From Dicyema japonicum (Eukaryota > Animalia > Dicyemida), in the NCBI GenBank assembly GCA_011109175.1, contig RDEW01000001.1, positions 561,182 through 625,181 on the forward strand: DNA of 64,000 nt, written 5' to 3'. This document shows positions 52,301 through 64,000 of the stretch, piece by piece; the stretch's first letter is position 1, and each line of letters opens with the position of its first letter. Both the position numbers and the translations under genes were made by a program. The notes under the pieces are model-generated. The model made no database searches. It saw only the letters and a list, made by a program, of their open reading frames with translations, and had not been told where the DNA came from.

Positions 52301-54677
52301 AGTAATATAGACAACATCATCTGTCCTCACTTCTGTTCGTACTTCATTCCACGCACTCATAATCAACCCAAATCTACTTTAACAATAACTGCAGTCTTTG
52401 AGCTTCGTCATTCACATTTTTATTAGAATTACTCAGCTTCTCTCCCAGTCGGAGAATTACTGATAGACTTTGACAAATGACATTAGTTGGGGGACAATTT
52501 GAGTAGCGGGAGAGTTCATTCTCAGTCCTTTCCAGATTATCATTGAACTAGCATTAAACTTGGTTATACCTGATTTAAATAGGAATGGAACTCAACACAA
52601 CTGTCCACTATTTTGTAACATACTTCCAACGACATAGTATAATTGGAGATATCAGTCTTCAGTTCCCCCACCACACTGTCAATCTTATCATTGAATGGTG
52701 ATTTGGAGAATTCCTCTGCCTCAGTAAGCAGTCGTTCACATCCAGATATTACATTCTACTGTCACCCACGTGTAAACCTGTGAGACCTTCTCAAATTCCA
52801 TTACTTTACTAAGCGTATCCTTGGCCTGTTTGAGTGTCCTCCCTACCAGACTAATATTCTGAAGAAAATGAAGACCAGACCTAATAGACCATTCCTTAAT
52901 CTCTCAAATTACCAAAATGATAACTGTATGAGCATTGTGATAAAATGTTTCCACATTTGATAAGAAACCGCCAAAATTTCCAGCCTGTTGCCAAATACAA
53001 TCGACAGACTCATTCAATACAGCAGCCTGTCATATAATATTAGTCAATACATCTGAAGTGCAGTTCATTAAAAGGCGGAGGGAATCCATATCAGCTATGA
53101 TAAACACGTCATCCCCCAATGAATGTACAAATTTCTTAGTATTTGTCTCAGCTTGGCAGGTCTTTTCTCATATTAAAAGTTACATTATTGTATATTTCGA
53201 CTACAACCTCGTACTCCTTCTTTAGAGCCATAAAGTCATCATAACAAGTCATCCTCTTCACTTTGGGCACCCATTTTCTCAACCACTCCTTGGCACGTAC
53301 ACAAAAATCCTCATAAAACTGATGGAATGCCACAGAGAGTGTAAGTAATTCAGTCCTCGAGTCCAACAAAGCTGAATATCTCTTCCACTTTTCCCTCAAC
53401 TCAATACAATGTCCATAAACAACATTCGCGGTATAACAACCAGCAGCAAATAGTCTCCTCCCCTCTTTTATTGCACTCTTCACTCTCTCATACAGTTTCT
53501 AGCATCAACAAACAAACAACCAAGGATTCCTGCCTAATCAAACACTGACCCTCCATCAATGCCTTTGTGGTCTCTAAACTACCCCCAAAGAAAGGTTTCT
53601 CAGAGAGAAAGTTCACATTTTCAAGATTATCAATAATCTAAAATAACCCCCCATATACGTGATTATATTCATCCTCAAAGTTAACAATATCCTTAAACTG
53701 ACTTAACTTATCCCTGGAAACAGAATATAGTCGCTCAACAGCATCAAATCTGTCAAATAGTACCAACACTTGTCTCTTTACTGTTTGATAGGCCTCACTA
53801 AAGTCGATGTTATTCCATAGAAAACATCCCCCTATATTTAAAAACACATAAACTTTTTGGCATAAGTCTCCTCATGAGATTATCAGACAAGTGCTTAATT
53901 TCGTTCATGGGAACATTATTCAATCTATCCCATATTTCCTGGTAATTCTCCTCAAATGCGAGAATATGGTTTTTGTTAAGTCTAAAATCCTCCACTACCA
54001 TGTTTTTGGAAAGATTATTGATTGTCTTCAATTCTTGGTCGACGGTACAGTAAAACTCCTCCAAACTCTGAAAATTACTAACTAAACAACCATTTGAATA
54101 TCCACCCATTCTTCGTTACTACAACAATAGTGTCCTCCAATTTCCTTGGGGAGACACTCCTTCCCCAAAGTCAAATACAAACTATCCAAATCGATGGTAC
54201 TCACCTAAGGAATAACTTTGAGATACTTGAAATTTGAAATTCCTACAGAAAATGACAAGTCTGGCCTTGTTTATTAATTGTTCAGTCTTTAGCACGTACA
54301 TATGGCTGATTTGAGGACTGAAAGACTGCTATAAGACACAAAGTAACATTAATTGTGTTCAGTATCAGTTTTACGAAGGAATATCTAATATTTCGACCAT
54401 CAACTATTATTATGAATTTTTTGTATTTTCTAAATGATAATTATGACAACTTTGGAATGCTTAGAAGGAATGTTAGAGTAATGTACAGACTTTTTGTATA
54501 AGTCTCTTTATCAAGTAGTGGTTGATAAATGTGGACTATTCGTTTGTCGTCCTTGAATGGGAGTCCTGAATTTTAGGGTTCTAGTCAACCGATTAGAGTG
54601 GCTATTTTCTGTTTTAGTATTTGCCGCAATTCTGGATATTTTGTTAAACATAGTTTGTAGTCAACAAACTCACACAT
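49368..54677 (-). CDS. Trio/Kalirin-type RhoGEF: SEC14 + spectrin repeats + one DH-PH unit
   Basis: Start MCEF...ELRQILKQKIATLI|G (24-nt intron 54566-54589), FIIIVDGR and EIGGHY...EEWVDIQ (SEC14). DH HVVNELLTTEQAYVNDL, IFGNIEDLRNFH and SYLVKPVQRITKYRLLL. PH KERLVVLFE. Two internal duplications (about 49596-49990 around the n at 49793, and 50035-50316). 3' end approximate. Confidence 0.86.
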
Positions 54678-55111
54678 TGAAGCAAATCTTGTGCGGGTTA
54701 ATACCTAACATTTTATTTATATTCGATTTTTAACTTATATTTATATAATATTCTAATTTAATTATTTTTTATTTAAATGATAAAACATGTTTCATAGAAA
54801 TTATAAATATTTAGTTTTCGATTTCATTTTTGTGATGTTGTGACATTCCTCGTTTTCTGTTTGGCAAACAATTGAAAAAAAGGTCTTGAAAGAAAAGGAT
54901 GCAAAAGCATGCTGGAATCTAAAATTGTGATTTTTTGCTGCACATGCGGGATAAAAATTCCATCTATGTAAAAAAAACCGGATTTTTAATATCGTGAAAA
55001 TTGTCAGATAAAATTTTGAATATACTTTCGATATAAAATTATCTTACAGTTTATATATCTTACGTTAATTTTTATTATATTAGCTTTCGAGTTGGATTTC
55101 ATAGTATGTAC

Positions 55112-57151
55112 TAGGGCGAACTATGTTAAAATAGTTAAAATTTAATAATAGTAAATGAATAATCGTTAAAATGATTTTTAACTTTATTTTATTATAAATA
55201 AATGTATATTAAACAAAATTATTAGTTTAAAAAGTTAAAATTTATAATTTTTGATTTAATTTATTTTTTTAGTTTACTATTAAAAAAATTAAAAAAAAAT
55301 TAACTATTAATAATATTTGTTGCCACTAAAATTTTTGGCTGACATGCCTAAGATAGCAAAATTGTACCAAATTAAAGCTAAGGCCATTGTAAAGTATTAT
55401 CCTAAAGAATTTATGATTCTTGGGGATGGTGCGCTATATTGTCGACTCTGTTTGTGTAATATAAAATGCGAGAAAAGGTATTTTGTAAATTCCCATCGAG
55501 CCTCACAAAAACATCAAAATTCATTGAGTTTTGCAAAATAACAATTATTTTTTGTAGATTTATTTTTTAATCAGAAAACCATGTTTACAGTAAATCATAT
55601 TTAAAACTGCCATCCATCCAAAGTGGACGCCGCTGACATTATCGACGTTGCGTTGCCTCTCACGATTGCAACAGAGATCAACTGGAGTTGCCACCGGGTC
55701 TCACGTGCGTCGTGGCTTTTTAGTGTAGCTAAGCGTCCAAGTTTCTTTAGGAAGCGAAGCGATTTTCCACTTATTCCTCCAGTTGTGTTTTGTAATTATC
55801 GCACCAAACACACATTGACTAATATTCCAAAATTGATGATTGGGCTCTACAAGCAACCAGAGCATTCATAAAATCTGATATTCCACTAAACAAACTATCT
55901 ATGCCGTGACTTAGAGAATTGTTTTACGGAGGATCTGTACGAGTTCCCTCACCATCAGAAGCTAGAAGATGTGTGGATCAAATCATAATTGATCAAAAAT
56001 TGTAAATTCAACAAAAACTTGTGTATAAAAATTTACTTGATTTTGTAGCAATCAAAAAGTTTTTGCTATTACGGATGAAACAAAAATGCAGAGCCAAAGA
56101 TAATTTGATGTGATGATTGGATCGTTAATTTCTCCTGAAACAACATATCTGATATCGTTTAAGGTCATAGAATCTGCTCCTAACAAGAACATCATACATG
56201 CACTTGGAAATAATTTGGTTCAAAGGGAAAATTTCCTTTTGTTAATTTCGGATGCTGCAAATTATATGAAATCAGGTAAAATTTTATGTTTTAGCTTGCA
56301 AAATACTTAAAAATCTTTACCCTAAGTTATTCCATATCACATGTGCCGTTCATCTATTACACAATTGTTGTGAGATAATAATAGACTCTCATCCGAAAAT
56401 TGATTTGATGATAGCTACTGTACAAGCAGCAATTAACAAGAACAATAAAAGAAAACTAATATTCAAGGACAGAAACATCGCCATTCCACCTCATGTGCAT
56501 TTGACAAGATGGGGGACCTGGCTAAAGGCCGCTACATACTACTCAGAAATTCTGATCGGAGTTCAAAATATTTTCGAATAATTCGCGGATGATGGATATT
56601 TAGTTTGAAGTGCTAAAGAAAGTCTCAAAAACCACGTGTTAGTTAGGAGTCTATGTGACCTTATCCGAAGCTATTTGAACATTCCAGGTTTCCGAATAAT
56701 GTCACTGTTGCAGATATTATCACCAAAGTACAGGCTTCACAATTAAACAAGCATATGATGGTTTAGAATCGTTGGAGTTTGGAAATGACAACAAATTTAT
56801 TAGAAAATACATAAATAAAAGGCTTCAAAATATGATATTTCAAACATAATTAAAATGACTAATTCATACATATCTCCTGCCGAGTATTCATTACTCTTGA
56901 ATTGTCAGCCAACTTTGTGCTCGGTTGAACGATGTTTCTCTAAGATAAAGACTTTTAAGATCCAACAGACATTTTCTACCAGGAAATTTAGAAAATTATG
57001 TAATTTGTATGTGTAACAAAAAGTATTAGTGTTTTTATTGTTTAGTTATAAAGTTAAATTTTTGGGTTAATTTTTTTAGTTTTTAGGTTAACAAAGTTAA
57101 TTTTTTTAGGTTAAATTTTTTATTTTTTAGGTTTAAAAAAAATTCTCCCTA
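55112..57151 (+). mobile_element. hAT DNA transposon (CGGBP1-like Zn finger + DUF659-type transposase), decayed
   Basis: TIR tagggcgaa / ttctcccta. Perfect 8-bp TSD gtatgtac (55104-55111, 57152-57159). Motifs LYCRLC...HRASQKH, LISDAANYM, HITCAVHLLH, TRWGTWL and CSVERCFS. Confidence 0.9.
55600..55850 (-). mobile_element. CRE-like 3' fragment nested in the hAT element
   Basis: Minus frame ...GGISGKSLRFLKKLGRLA...DARETRWQLQLISVAIVRGNATSI. It is GC-richer than the flanking hAT and interrupts its coding region. Confidence 0.62.
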
Positions 57152-58329
57152 GTATGTACATAGCACTACATGGCTCCATGTGGCCTAAAAAACTCCACTT
57201 TTTAATTTTTTTCCTTTTTTTCGAAAACATATTCGTCCTTTCTCTTAACGGCAGAACAGGCACCAGAGGACTCTGGAGTTCTGTAAATTGTTTTTATAAA
57301 TATAATTGCGTATAGTTTTCTGTGATACAGCAAGTCCTCTTTGACTACATACTCCTTTTAAAGATCCAAACGACTTTTTTGGAATGTTTATGACCAGAAA
57401 AACTAACATACAAACTTTGTCCTAGTAAATATTTTTGACTTTCCAAATTCTTCAAATCTTCGGTGATTCCCTCGCAATTGTATGAAGATGTTGAGTTTTT
57501 TTGTGATTTTTGGCTGACGACTGAAATTTTCCCTTTTGTTATTTTACCAAGCATTTTTTATAAATCAAAGTCAAGTATTAGAGAATAAATCAAAAAACAG
57601 ATTTAAAAATTTTAAAAAAATGTAAAAACAGATATCCGGGTTTTTAAACACCATTCGTGAGTGTAGTCGTTGGACACTATTTGTAGATCAAATGAATTTT
57701 TCCAACAAGACCACCCAAAGTCATGATGACCTAATTGTAGTAGTAAATTTAATTATTATCAAATTTGATGGAGATTTATATATTTATTAGTTTTCATTAG
57801 CAGTCAAGTTCAATTCATTGCCAGGTATGGAGCATAAAATTAATTTATCTAAGTTTATTCTATTTTTAACTCAATTCCTAGAGGTATACAATATTCGCCG
57901 TTTCTAGATTATTTTAAAAACACTACAGCATCAAGCTTGCTACTAAACGACATGACTACACCCAACAACTCAACAGGAACCACTGACTAACAAAACTAGA
58001 TTGTCTGATCATTGATTGTTTTTTGGATTTATCTCTATTCTGAACTACACTCACTAGAATTTAAATCTATCTGAAATTAATGATGTCTTAGGATATATAT
58101 GCTTCATGTCCAATTAAATTGGCGCCTTTTATTAAATTTTTAACAATCTGTTAATATTAAAGATGATCACGGAACTATCTGAAATTAATGATGTCTTAGG
58201 ATATATATGCTTCATGTCCAATTAAATTGGCGCCTTTTATTAAATTTTTAACAATCTGTTAATATTAAAGATGATCACGGAACTAAGATTAAAGAAAGAA
58301 ACAGTTGAAATAACATAGGCCCTGTCTAT

Positions 58330-58850
58330 AGGGCAAGTCTCATTATCTGGGTCCCTCTTTTATTATTCGTTAACCCATAGTTGTGAAAGCCAACAGTTCT
58401 TGTATGACTGAGTGGCTGTTTGACAGAGCCGACAATATCATTCGGGTAGAATAGAAGGATGCTGTTTTTGTTTGTAGATTGTGGCATAAGAATAAAACTG
58501 GTGAAAAAAGATAACCTTAACGAACAACTCCATTAATAAGAAAACCTTAATTGCACCTTGTTATTTATTACTTGACCTAGTCTTCCAGTCAGGAAGTTTA
58601 CCAGCCAATGTTTTCTACTCGGATGAGATCCCCTGTCTAAAAAGACGTTCAGTGCCTGGGCAGAATCCAAAAGGGATCCTTCTCTTTTTTACATCAGAAA
58701 TTCATACAATGGCGATTTGTCATGTTTAGATATATGCGTATCTGACCGTAGGAACTGGATATACATTAATTAAAAAGACGGACAATCTTGAGGGTAATAA
58801 ATGATAATTCGCTCTTCCGCCGACTATAGTAGTGTTTCCATTACTCATCT
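58330..58850 (-). mobile_element. LINE RT remnant
   Basis: WLVNFLTGRLGQV and LSFSPVLF resemble RT domains 4-5. Confidence 0.45.
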
Positions 58851-58855
58851 CTGCT

Positions 58856-59134
58856 TAAACAGAACTCACACTTTATTTAATAAATAAAGAAAAGTTATGC
58901 CAATTAATCCAAGACATCAAAGGTGTTCTTAACTTCTCGTTTTTTTGCTTGCATGTGAGTCCTTGAAACAATTCTGTCCCGCAGTGATTCGTCNTAAACA
59001 GAACTCACACTTTATTTAATAAATAAAGAAAAGTTATGCCAATTAATCCAAGACATCAAAGGTGTTCTTAACTTCACGTTCTTTTTTTTGCTTGCTGTGA
59101 GTCCTTGAAACAATCCTGTCCCGCAGTGATTCGT
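58856..59134. repeat. ~139-bp tandem duplication around the n at 58994, related to 35045-35180
   Basis: taaacagaactcacactttattt...gcagtgattcgtc twice. Confidence 0.8.
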
Positions 59135-59802
59135 CAATCTTTTATTTACTTGTTTTATCAAATTAATAAATAATTTTTTAATTATTTATTGAAGAATCAA
59201 CGAGGACTTGCGAAAAGAACGCTCGAAAATATGCTCATGGACATAAGCATGAGATGAAGGTATACGATGAAGAGTACGCCTCTGCTACCTCCCAACTTGT
59301 GGAACTGGCATTCCGTGAGAACAGCCCACTGGACTCTAAAAGAGATATTTCGACTGAATCTGATGTGGAGATGGGGAGTAACAGGGAGTTTATGGCACAC
59401 TCTTAAGAGAAGAGGGATTACAAACAATCTGGATTAAAATCCGCTTAATTAGTTAATTTACTCGTTAATTTTCTTAACATTGAAGTTTATTTACTTATTA
59501 AAATTATTTAAATTTAAATAAACCTTCGTCTTGAATGAACCGTTTCACATGTGACAATGATCAATTACAAATAAACACTTATTATAAATATTTAAGAAGT
59601 TTATTTTATTATTTTTTTCTTTCACTGTCAATATCTATTATTCTGTACATTCTCAGGTAATGTTCACTTGTTATTATTAAGTACTTTGGCAATTGATACC
59701 ATTTTTACTCNCTTAATTAGTTAATTTACTCGTTAATTTTCTTAACATTGAAGTTTATTTACTTATTAAAATTATTTAAATTTAAATAAACCTTCGTCTT
59801 GG

Positions 59803-61070
59803 ATGAACCATTTAACATGTGACGATGATCAATTACAAATAAACACTTATTATAGATATTTAAGAAGTTTATTTTATTCTTTTTTTCTTTCACTGTCAAT
59901 ATCTATTATTCTGTACATTCTCAGGTAATGTTCACTTGTTATTATTAAGTACTTTGGCAATTGATACCATTTTTACTCAAATCGCCTACTTTTTCTCCAT
60001 TCTCTCTTTCTTTTTTGGCCTCCTAAATGGATTTAGACTATTTATGGAGATGTACACCACTTCAAACATGAAGGAACACTCTGATCCCCCTAAAATGCGG
60101 AATTATGAGATGGAGAGACTGTTGCGAGTATAATCTAATATTTAATTTTAGTTGCACAAAACAACGAGTCAGCTTTCACGGAGTGAAATATCCGAGAAGG
60201 ATGTGAGTCCTTATTCTGGAATCTGTCGGTCCCAACATTCTGATCGGTCTTCTGTTAATGCCTCATTGAGGAGTCTGAACGAGTCCGAATGGAGCAGATT
60301 CGAGATTACAGACAAGGTAAGGTTAACTGTCATGGCAGATGTGGAGGATGCTTGGATGTGGGCTTCCTCAACGACGATTAATCTCAAAGTCTATCAGATC
60401 TGTTTGTGATAGATTAATTCTTAGTATATTTGTTCTAAAATGCTTGTTCCGTTGACCCACGTTGTATTGGAGAAGAAATATTCTGAGATTCTGAGTTGTG
60501 ACGTATTCACGGACTATGTTATGAACTATCCTGGGGACAAGGAGTACTTTGTGAGGAGAGTGAAGAGTCTGAGTGAGGACATGTATATGAGTTGCTTTAT
60601 ATGGAACGGAGGAGTGGGACACCGTGGATTTGATTGGAATGGAAGTAACCTTCCCACCGATTCTGCGATAATTTTTCACGTGTTCTGTCACTTTATTGAC
60701 ATTTTCACGACTCCGCTCAGTATAATGAATAATAACGGACATAAGTTCACAGATAAGCACGTGCGATTGTCTCCCAAAATAAAGGGTAAAGTGTGGGGGT
60801 TATTAGATGGGAGAAATGAGTTGTATATGCAGCAGAATAGTATATCTCCCCCCAACTATTATGTGGTAAGTGGAGGACATGTGTATGAGACGGATAAGGT
60901 TGTTGAGTAGTCATTGTAGGGGTCAAATAATTTGTTTGAAGTGATTGGGATGTTCTTTATTGTGGTAAAGAGGGACTTTGGGGGAAGGATTTGGTTAGTG
61001 GTTGAGTTATTTTAGTGGAAAGGCTATTGGGGACATAATTGGTGCTGATCTGGCTGAGTCTTTTCCATGA
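59803..61070 (+). CDS. TMEM209: TMEM209 (NET31) nuclear-envelope protein, at least six introns of 21-25 nt
   Basis: N-terminal TMs, then RSYICSKMLVPL, EYFVRRVKSLS..YMSCFIWN.G, LPTDSAIIFHVFCHFID, PPNY and GSNNLFEVIGMF. Introns 59925-59949, 60128-60151 and 60994-61015, among others. The 5' part is duplicated at 59445-59710, before the n at 59711. Confidence 0.85.
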
Positions 61071-61654
61071 TATGCTGTGTATATTTGATTATTTTCTATG
61101 ATTTTGTTGCTATTGGTGTCTTTATGTTGTGGGCTCTATTAATACGATTATTAAGTCTAATCTTAACTAAGGCATGTAAATTAGAGTCACANGCTGATCT
61201 GGCTGAGTCTCTTCCATGATATGCTGTGTATATTTGATTATTTTCTATGATTTTGTTGCTATTGATGTCTTTATGTTGTGGGCTGTATTAATACGATTAT
61301 TAAGTCTAATCTTAACCAAGGCATGTAAATTAGAGTCACATTGTAAAAATATGCTAAAAACAACTTTACGGAAAAGACAAGATTATTGAAAAAGCGAACA
61401 ACAATTGACCTGCATTTTTCATTAAGTGAACGAGTTAATGTTTGTTTAATGGATCTGTGTTGGCGAAACTTGACTTATTTCCAATTTTTATAAATATACG
61501 CAAAAGTCATGTCGTATTATTGTCTACGATTGTTGAGACAAGTGGAGGCTGGAAAATTACCAAAATACTACTAGTCAGTGAATTGACATTCGATATAGTA
61601 CTAGAACTATTATCTTTATTACCCCCTGGATGGGTCAAAAAAAAAGAAACAAGT

Positions 61655-62300
61655 TCTTATCTAACTAAGTGATCCCAGACCGACAAAGGATAGGACGAGT
61701 CCGGCGGGTCGAGAATCCTGAACAGCTCTTCTTATTGAACGTGGCATCAGCTCAAAATTTCTAAATGATTGTAGATATTTCGATAGTGTATAATATATAT
61801 GGCAGCTGGGTAAACTAGCCTCTTTTAATAGTTTACGTTGTAATTAGATTAAGAAATTTTCAATGGGCTGGATTTTGTGTTTTGGTCTAATTAACCTTAT
61901 TTCGGTCTCCTCGATTGCGGATAGTTTCAATGAGGAAGATCGTGAAATCTGCATTGCCCACGAAGGACTTGCATACGTCATCGTTGGTCGGATAAATTGT
62001 TCATAAATCGTGGCAAGGCCACCAGTTTAGTCTCTAAGTGTTTAGAACTAAGACAAGCATAAAAGATATCGAACTTCTCTTCCACCCAGAGATAGGCAAC
62101 ATCGTAGAGGAGCAAGTCAAACTTTTATGGCTCTTGGGATCGATGATCCAAGGAGGTCTAGGCTCCAGTATTATATGGGCACAAAGTTCCTTTAGTCTAC
62201 GGTTTTTTTTGTGGGAGGTGAGATTTTCAGATATGTTCTTTCGATGGCAGTAAAGATCCTACAGATATATATGGTAAATCTACTTGAGTAAAAAATTCTA
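61655..62300 (-). mobile_element. Family A LINE 3' fragment(s)
   Basis: LYEQFIRPTMTYASPSW. Terminus gggatcacttagttag on minus at 61661-61676. Confidence 0.6.
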
Positions 62301-62599
62301 TAAACGTTACTTTATGTCGCTACAATACAAGCACATATTCAATCGACTATTATACAACAACATAAGGGTATGCGTATAGAATGCAAAACGATTTTTCAGA
62401 GCGCTTTTATTTCAAGTAGAACAATCAAATGTTGAGAAAAGAATTAAAATGAAACTGAGAACGGACATTTAACATATCATTTCTATGGAGCTAGTTCGAC
62501 CCTAAAAGAAAAAAATTTATTAAGTCAATATATTTCAAATGAATATATTTTAAAATGGGTATTCAATCTCGAAAATTTTGCTACATGATCACTGGGTTA

Positions 62600-63400
62600 A
62601 ATAGAAAAAAAGTATCATCAATTAGCTAAATGATCTCAAACAGGTAAGTGAAAGACCGATATGGCAAGGATAGGCATCATGTACTTTTTTCCTCATTAGA
62701 GTATTATTAATTTTCTGAGTAATTCTTATATGGGAGTTTCGATTTTTGATGATGAATTTTTTTCGGATGACCTGTTGGGCGATCAGGTCACCGGGAGAGT
62801 TTAATATGAATTTTCCTTGGCTGACCTGTTGGGCGATGAGCCATTGAAGTTGTTTACTGTTCATGTCTCTGTAGATGAAAATTATCATTATTTCCCTGTA
62901 GATGAAGATTTTTTGGGAATTTATGAGGTGGAGATTGACACTTGGAGTGAAATTTAAATGTTCAGGAGAACGGAAGTTTGATATTAATCTGTTTAATGTT
63001 CCTCCTCCACACACAATCAGGAGACACAATGAGAAAAATGACAATTCAATTCTAACAATCAAAGAAGCTCCAACAAGAGCCCATGTCACGGTCTTTACGA
63101 CTACAACATTTTCCCAAGGAAGCGAGGTGTGGGGATCGGAGATTTTCGCTTCTTGAATTAGTGACATGTCATTTTACGTCAATAGGCCACAGCTCAAACA
63201 TTTTCCTTCTGATACGATTCACATTTAGTTGCAAGACCACCAGGAAGGAACAAAGTCTGGGCTTTTGTTCTACATCGCACCATAGCGCAGTCAGCATACC
63301 AGGGGAGAAGGGAGACACCCCAAGAATAATGTGATGGGGGTAGTAGAGATAATGGTTTTTTTCCATACCCAAACACTAGGCTATCAACATTAATCTCAAC
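62600..63400 (-). mobile_element. Family A LINE 5'/APE-start fragment
   Basis: FLVVLQLNVNRIRRKMFEL and SLIQEAKI are APE N-terminal motifs. Confidence 0.55.
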
Positions 63401-64000
63401 GGTATATTACTCGCCCTCACAAAATCCTTTGTCCTTTTTCCAACAAAAAATGATACAAATATTTAATTTACAAAAATTAATTATTTTAAATACAACAGTT
63501 AATGTTGAGTCTTATAATAAAACCTTCAAAATTAACAATAATTGCTAAAAGTAATATAATAATCTAATATAGACCACACGTGGTTAAACCAAACTCCTCA
63601 CACAGCCTTCCAGAAGTTACTATTGAATATTGGATGTCCATTAATCCTAATGTTTGACCCATCCAGAAATGGTGATCAACAATTTGTGTAATGTAGATCT
63701 TTTAGCTGCATACAGCGAAACCAGTGGGACAAAGTCACTGAGAATAATAAGGGACAAAATGATCAAAGATTCTGAAGGCAGGAGAGTACTAATGTAATGA
63801 TGATTTAACAAATCAGGGATAAACCATTGATCAATTCAAAAACTGTTAACTATGACTACTTACTGTCATTGGATAAGGGATCATTTGGTCACCAGTATGC
63901 CCAGTTTATGACATTTTACGTATTTTCAGTGTTATTTGTTAGAATTATTCACCTGACGACAGACTCCTTTCTAGGTTTATGAGTGATCCTGAACTGGCTT

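Noticed and set aside
57160-57660. Possible DNA-transposon remnant (ORF 57345-57554)
   Set aside because: No convincing TIR/TSD or catalytic motif.
59197-59427. Minus-strand hydrophobic ORF as a small membrane-protein gene
   Set aside because: No family match. The plus strand ends in a family A-like ttaattagtta tail, so a LINE remnant is more likely.
10810-61070. Apparent functional clustering (ER/nuclear-envelope genes RTN, GET1, SEC11, TMEM209, BAF; two Rac GEFs)
   Set aside because: Genes are on mixed strands and separated by kilobases of TE debris. No shared regulatory motif was seen, so chance is sufficient.
196-61340. Tandem repeats as a CRISPR-like array
   Set aside because: Only two copies each, different units, no repeat-spacer structure, and a eukaryotic context.
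63430-64000. Possible 3' end of a minus-strand host gene
   Set aside because: One moderately long frame but no identifiable homology. It is truncated by the window edge.

Overview
This is an AT-rich animal genomic scaffold from a fragmented short-read assembly, with three N-gaps and many tandem duplications. Eight compact host genes sit among decayed transposons: BANF1 (BAF), a reticulon, GET1/WRB, HBS1L, a DOCK1-5-type Rac GEF, SEC11, a Trio/Kalirin-type GEF and TMEM209, plus a degenerate RING-H2 fragment. Every intron I could place by hand in these genes is a 21-25 nt GT-AG intron. This is why the ORF track misses BAF and fragments the others. Introns this short in a metazoan gene set suggest a dicyemid mesozoan or a similarly reduced parasite (inference, not verified). 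The rest is decayed non-LTR retrotransposons (an I/Jockey-group family, an RTE-like family, a gag-bearing Jockey-like element, CRE-like and NeSL/R4-like RLE fragments), two hAT elements with TIRs and 8-bp TSDs, a probable MITE and tRNA-headed SINE-like remnants. I found no clearly new multi-gene system. The best leads are the micro-intron architecture (including stop-free in-frame introns in SEC11), the TTAG/TAAC-associated LINE 3' ends and a SINE with a hammerhead-like remnant. All translations, splice sites and family calls were made by eye, without database searches. Boundaries of decayed elements are approximate.
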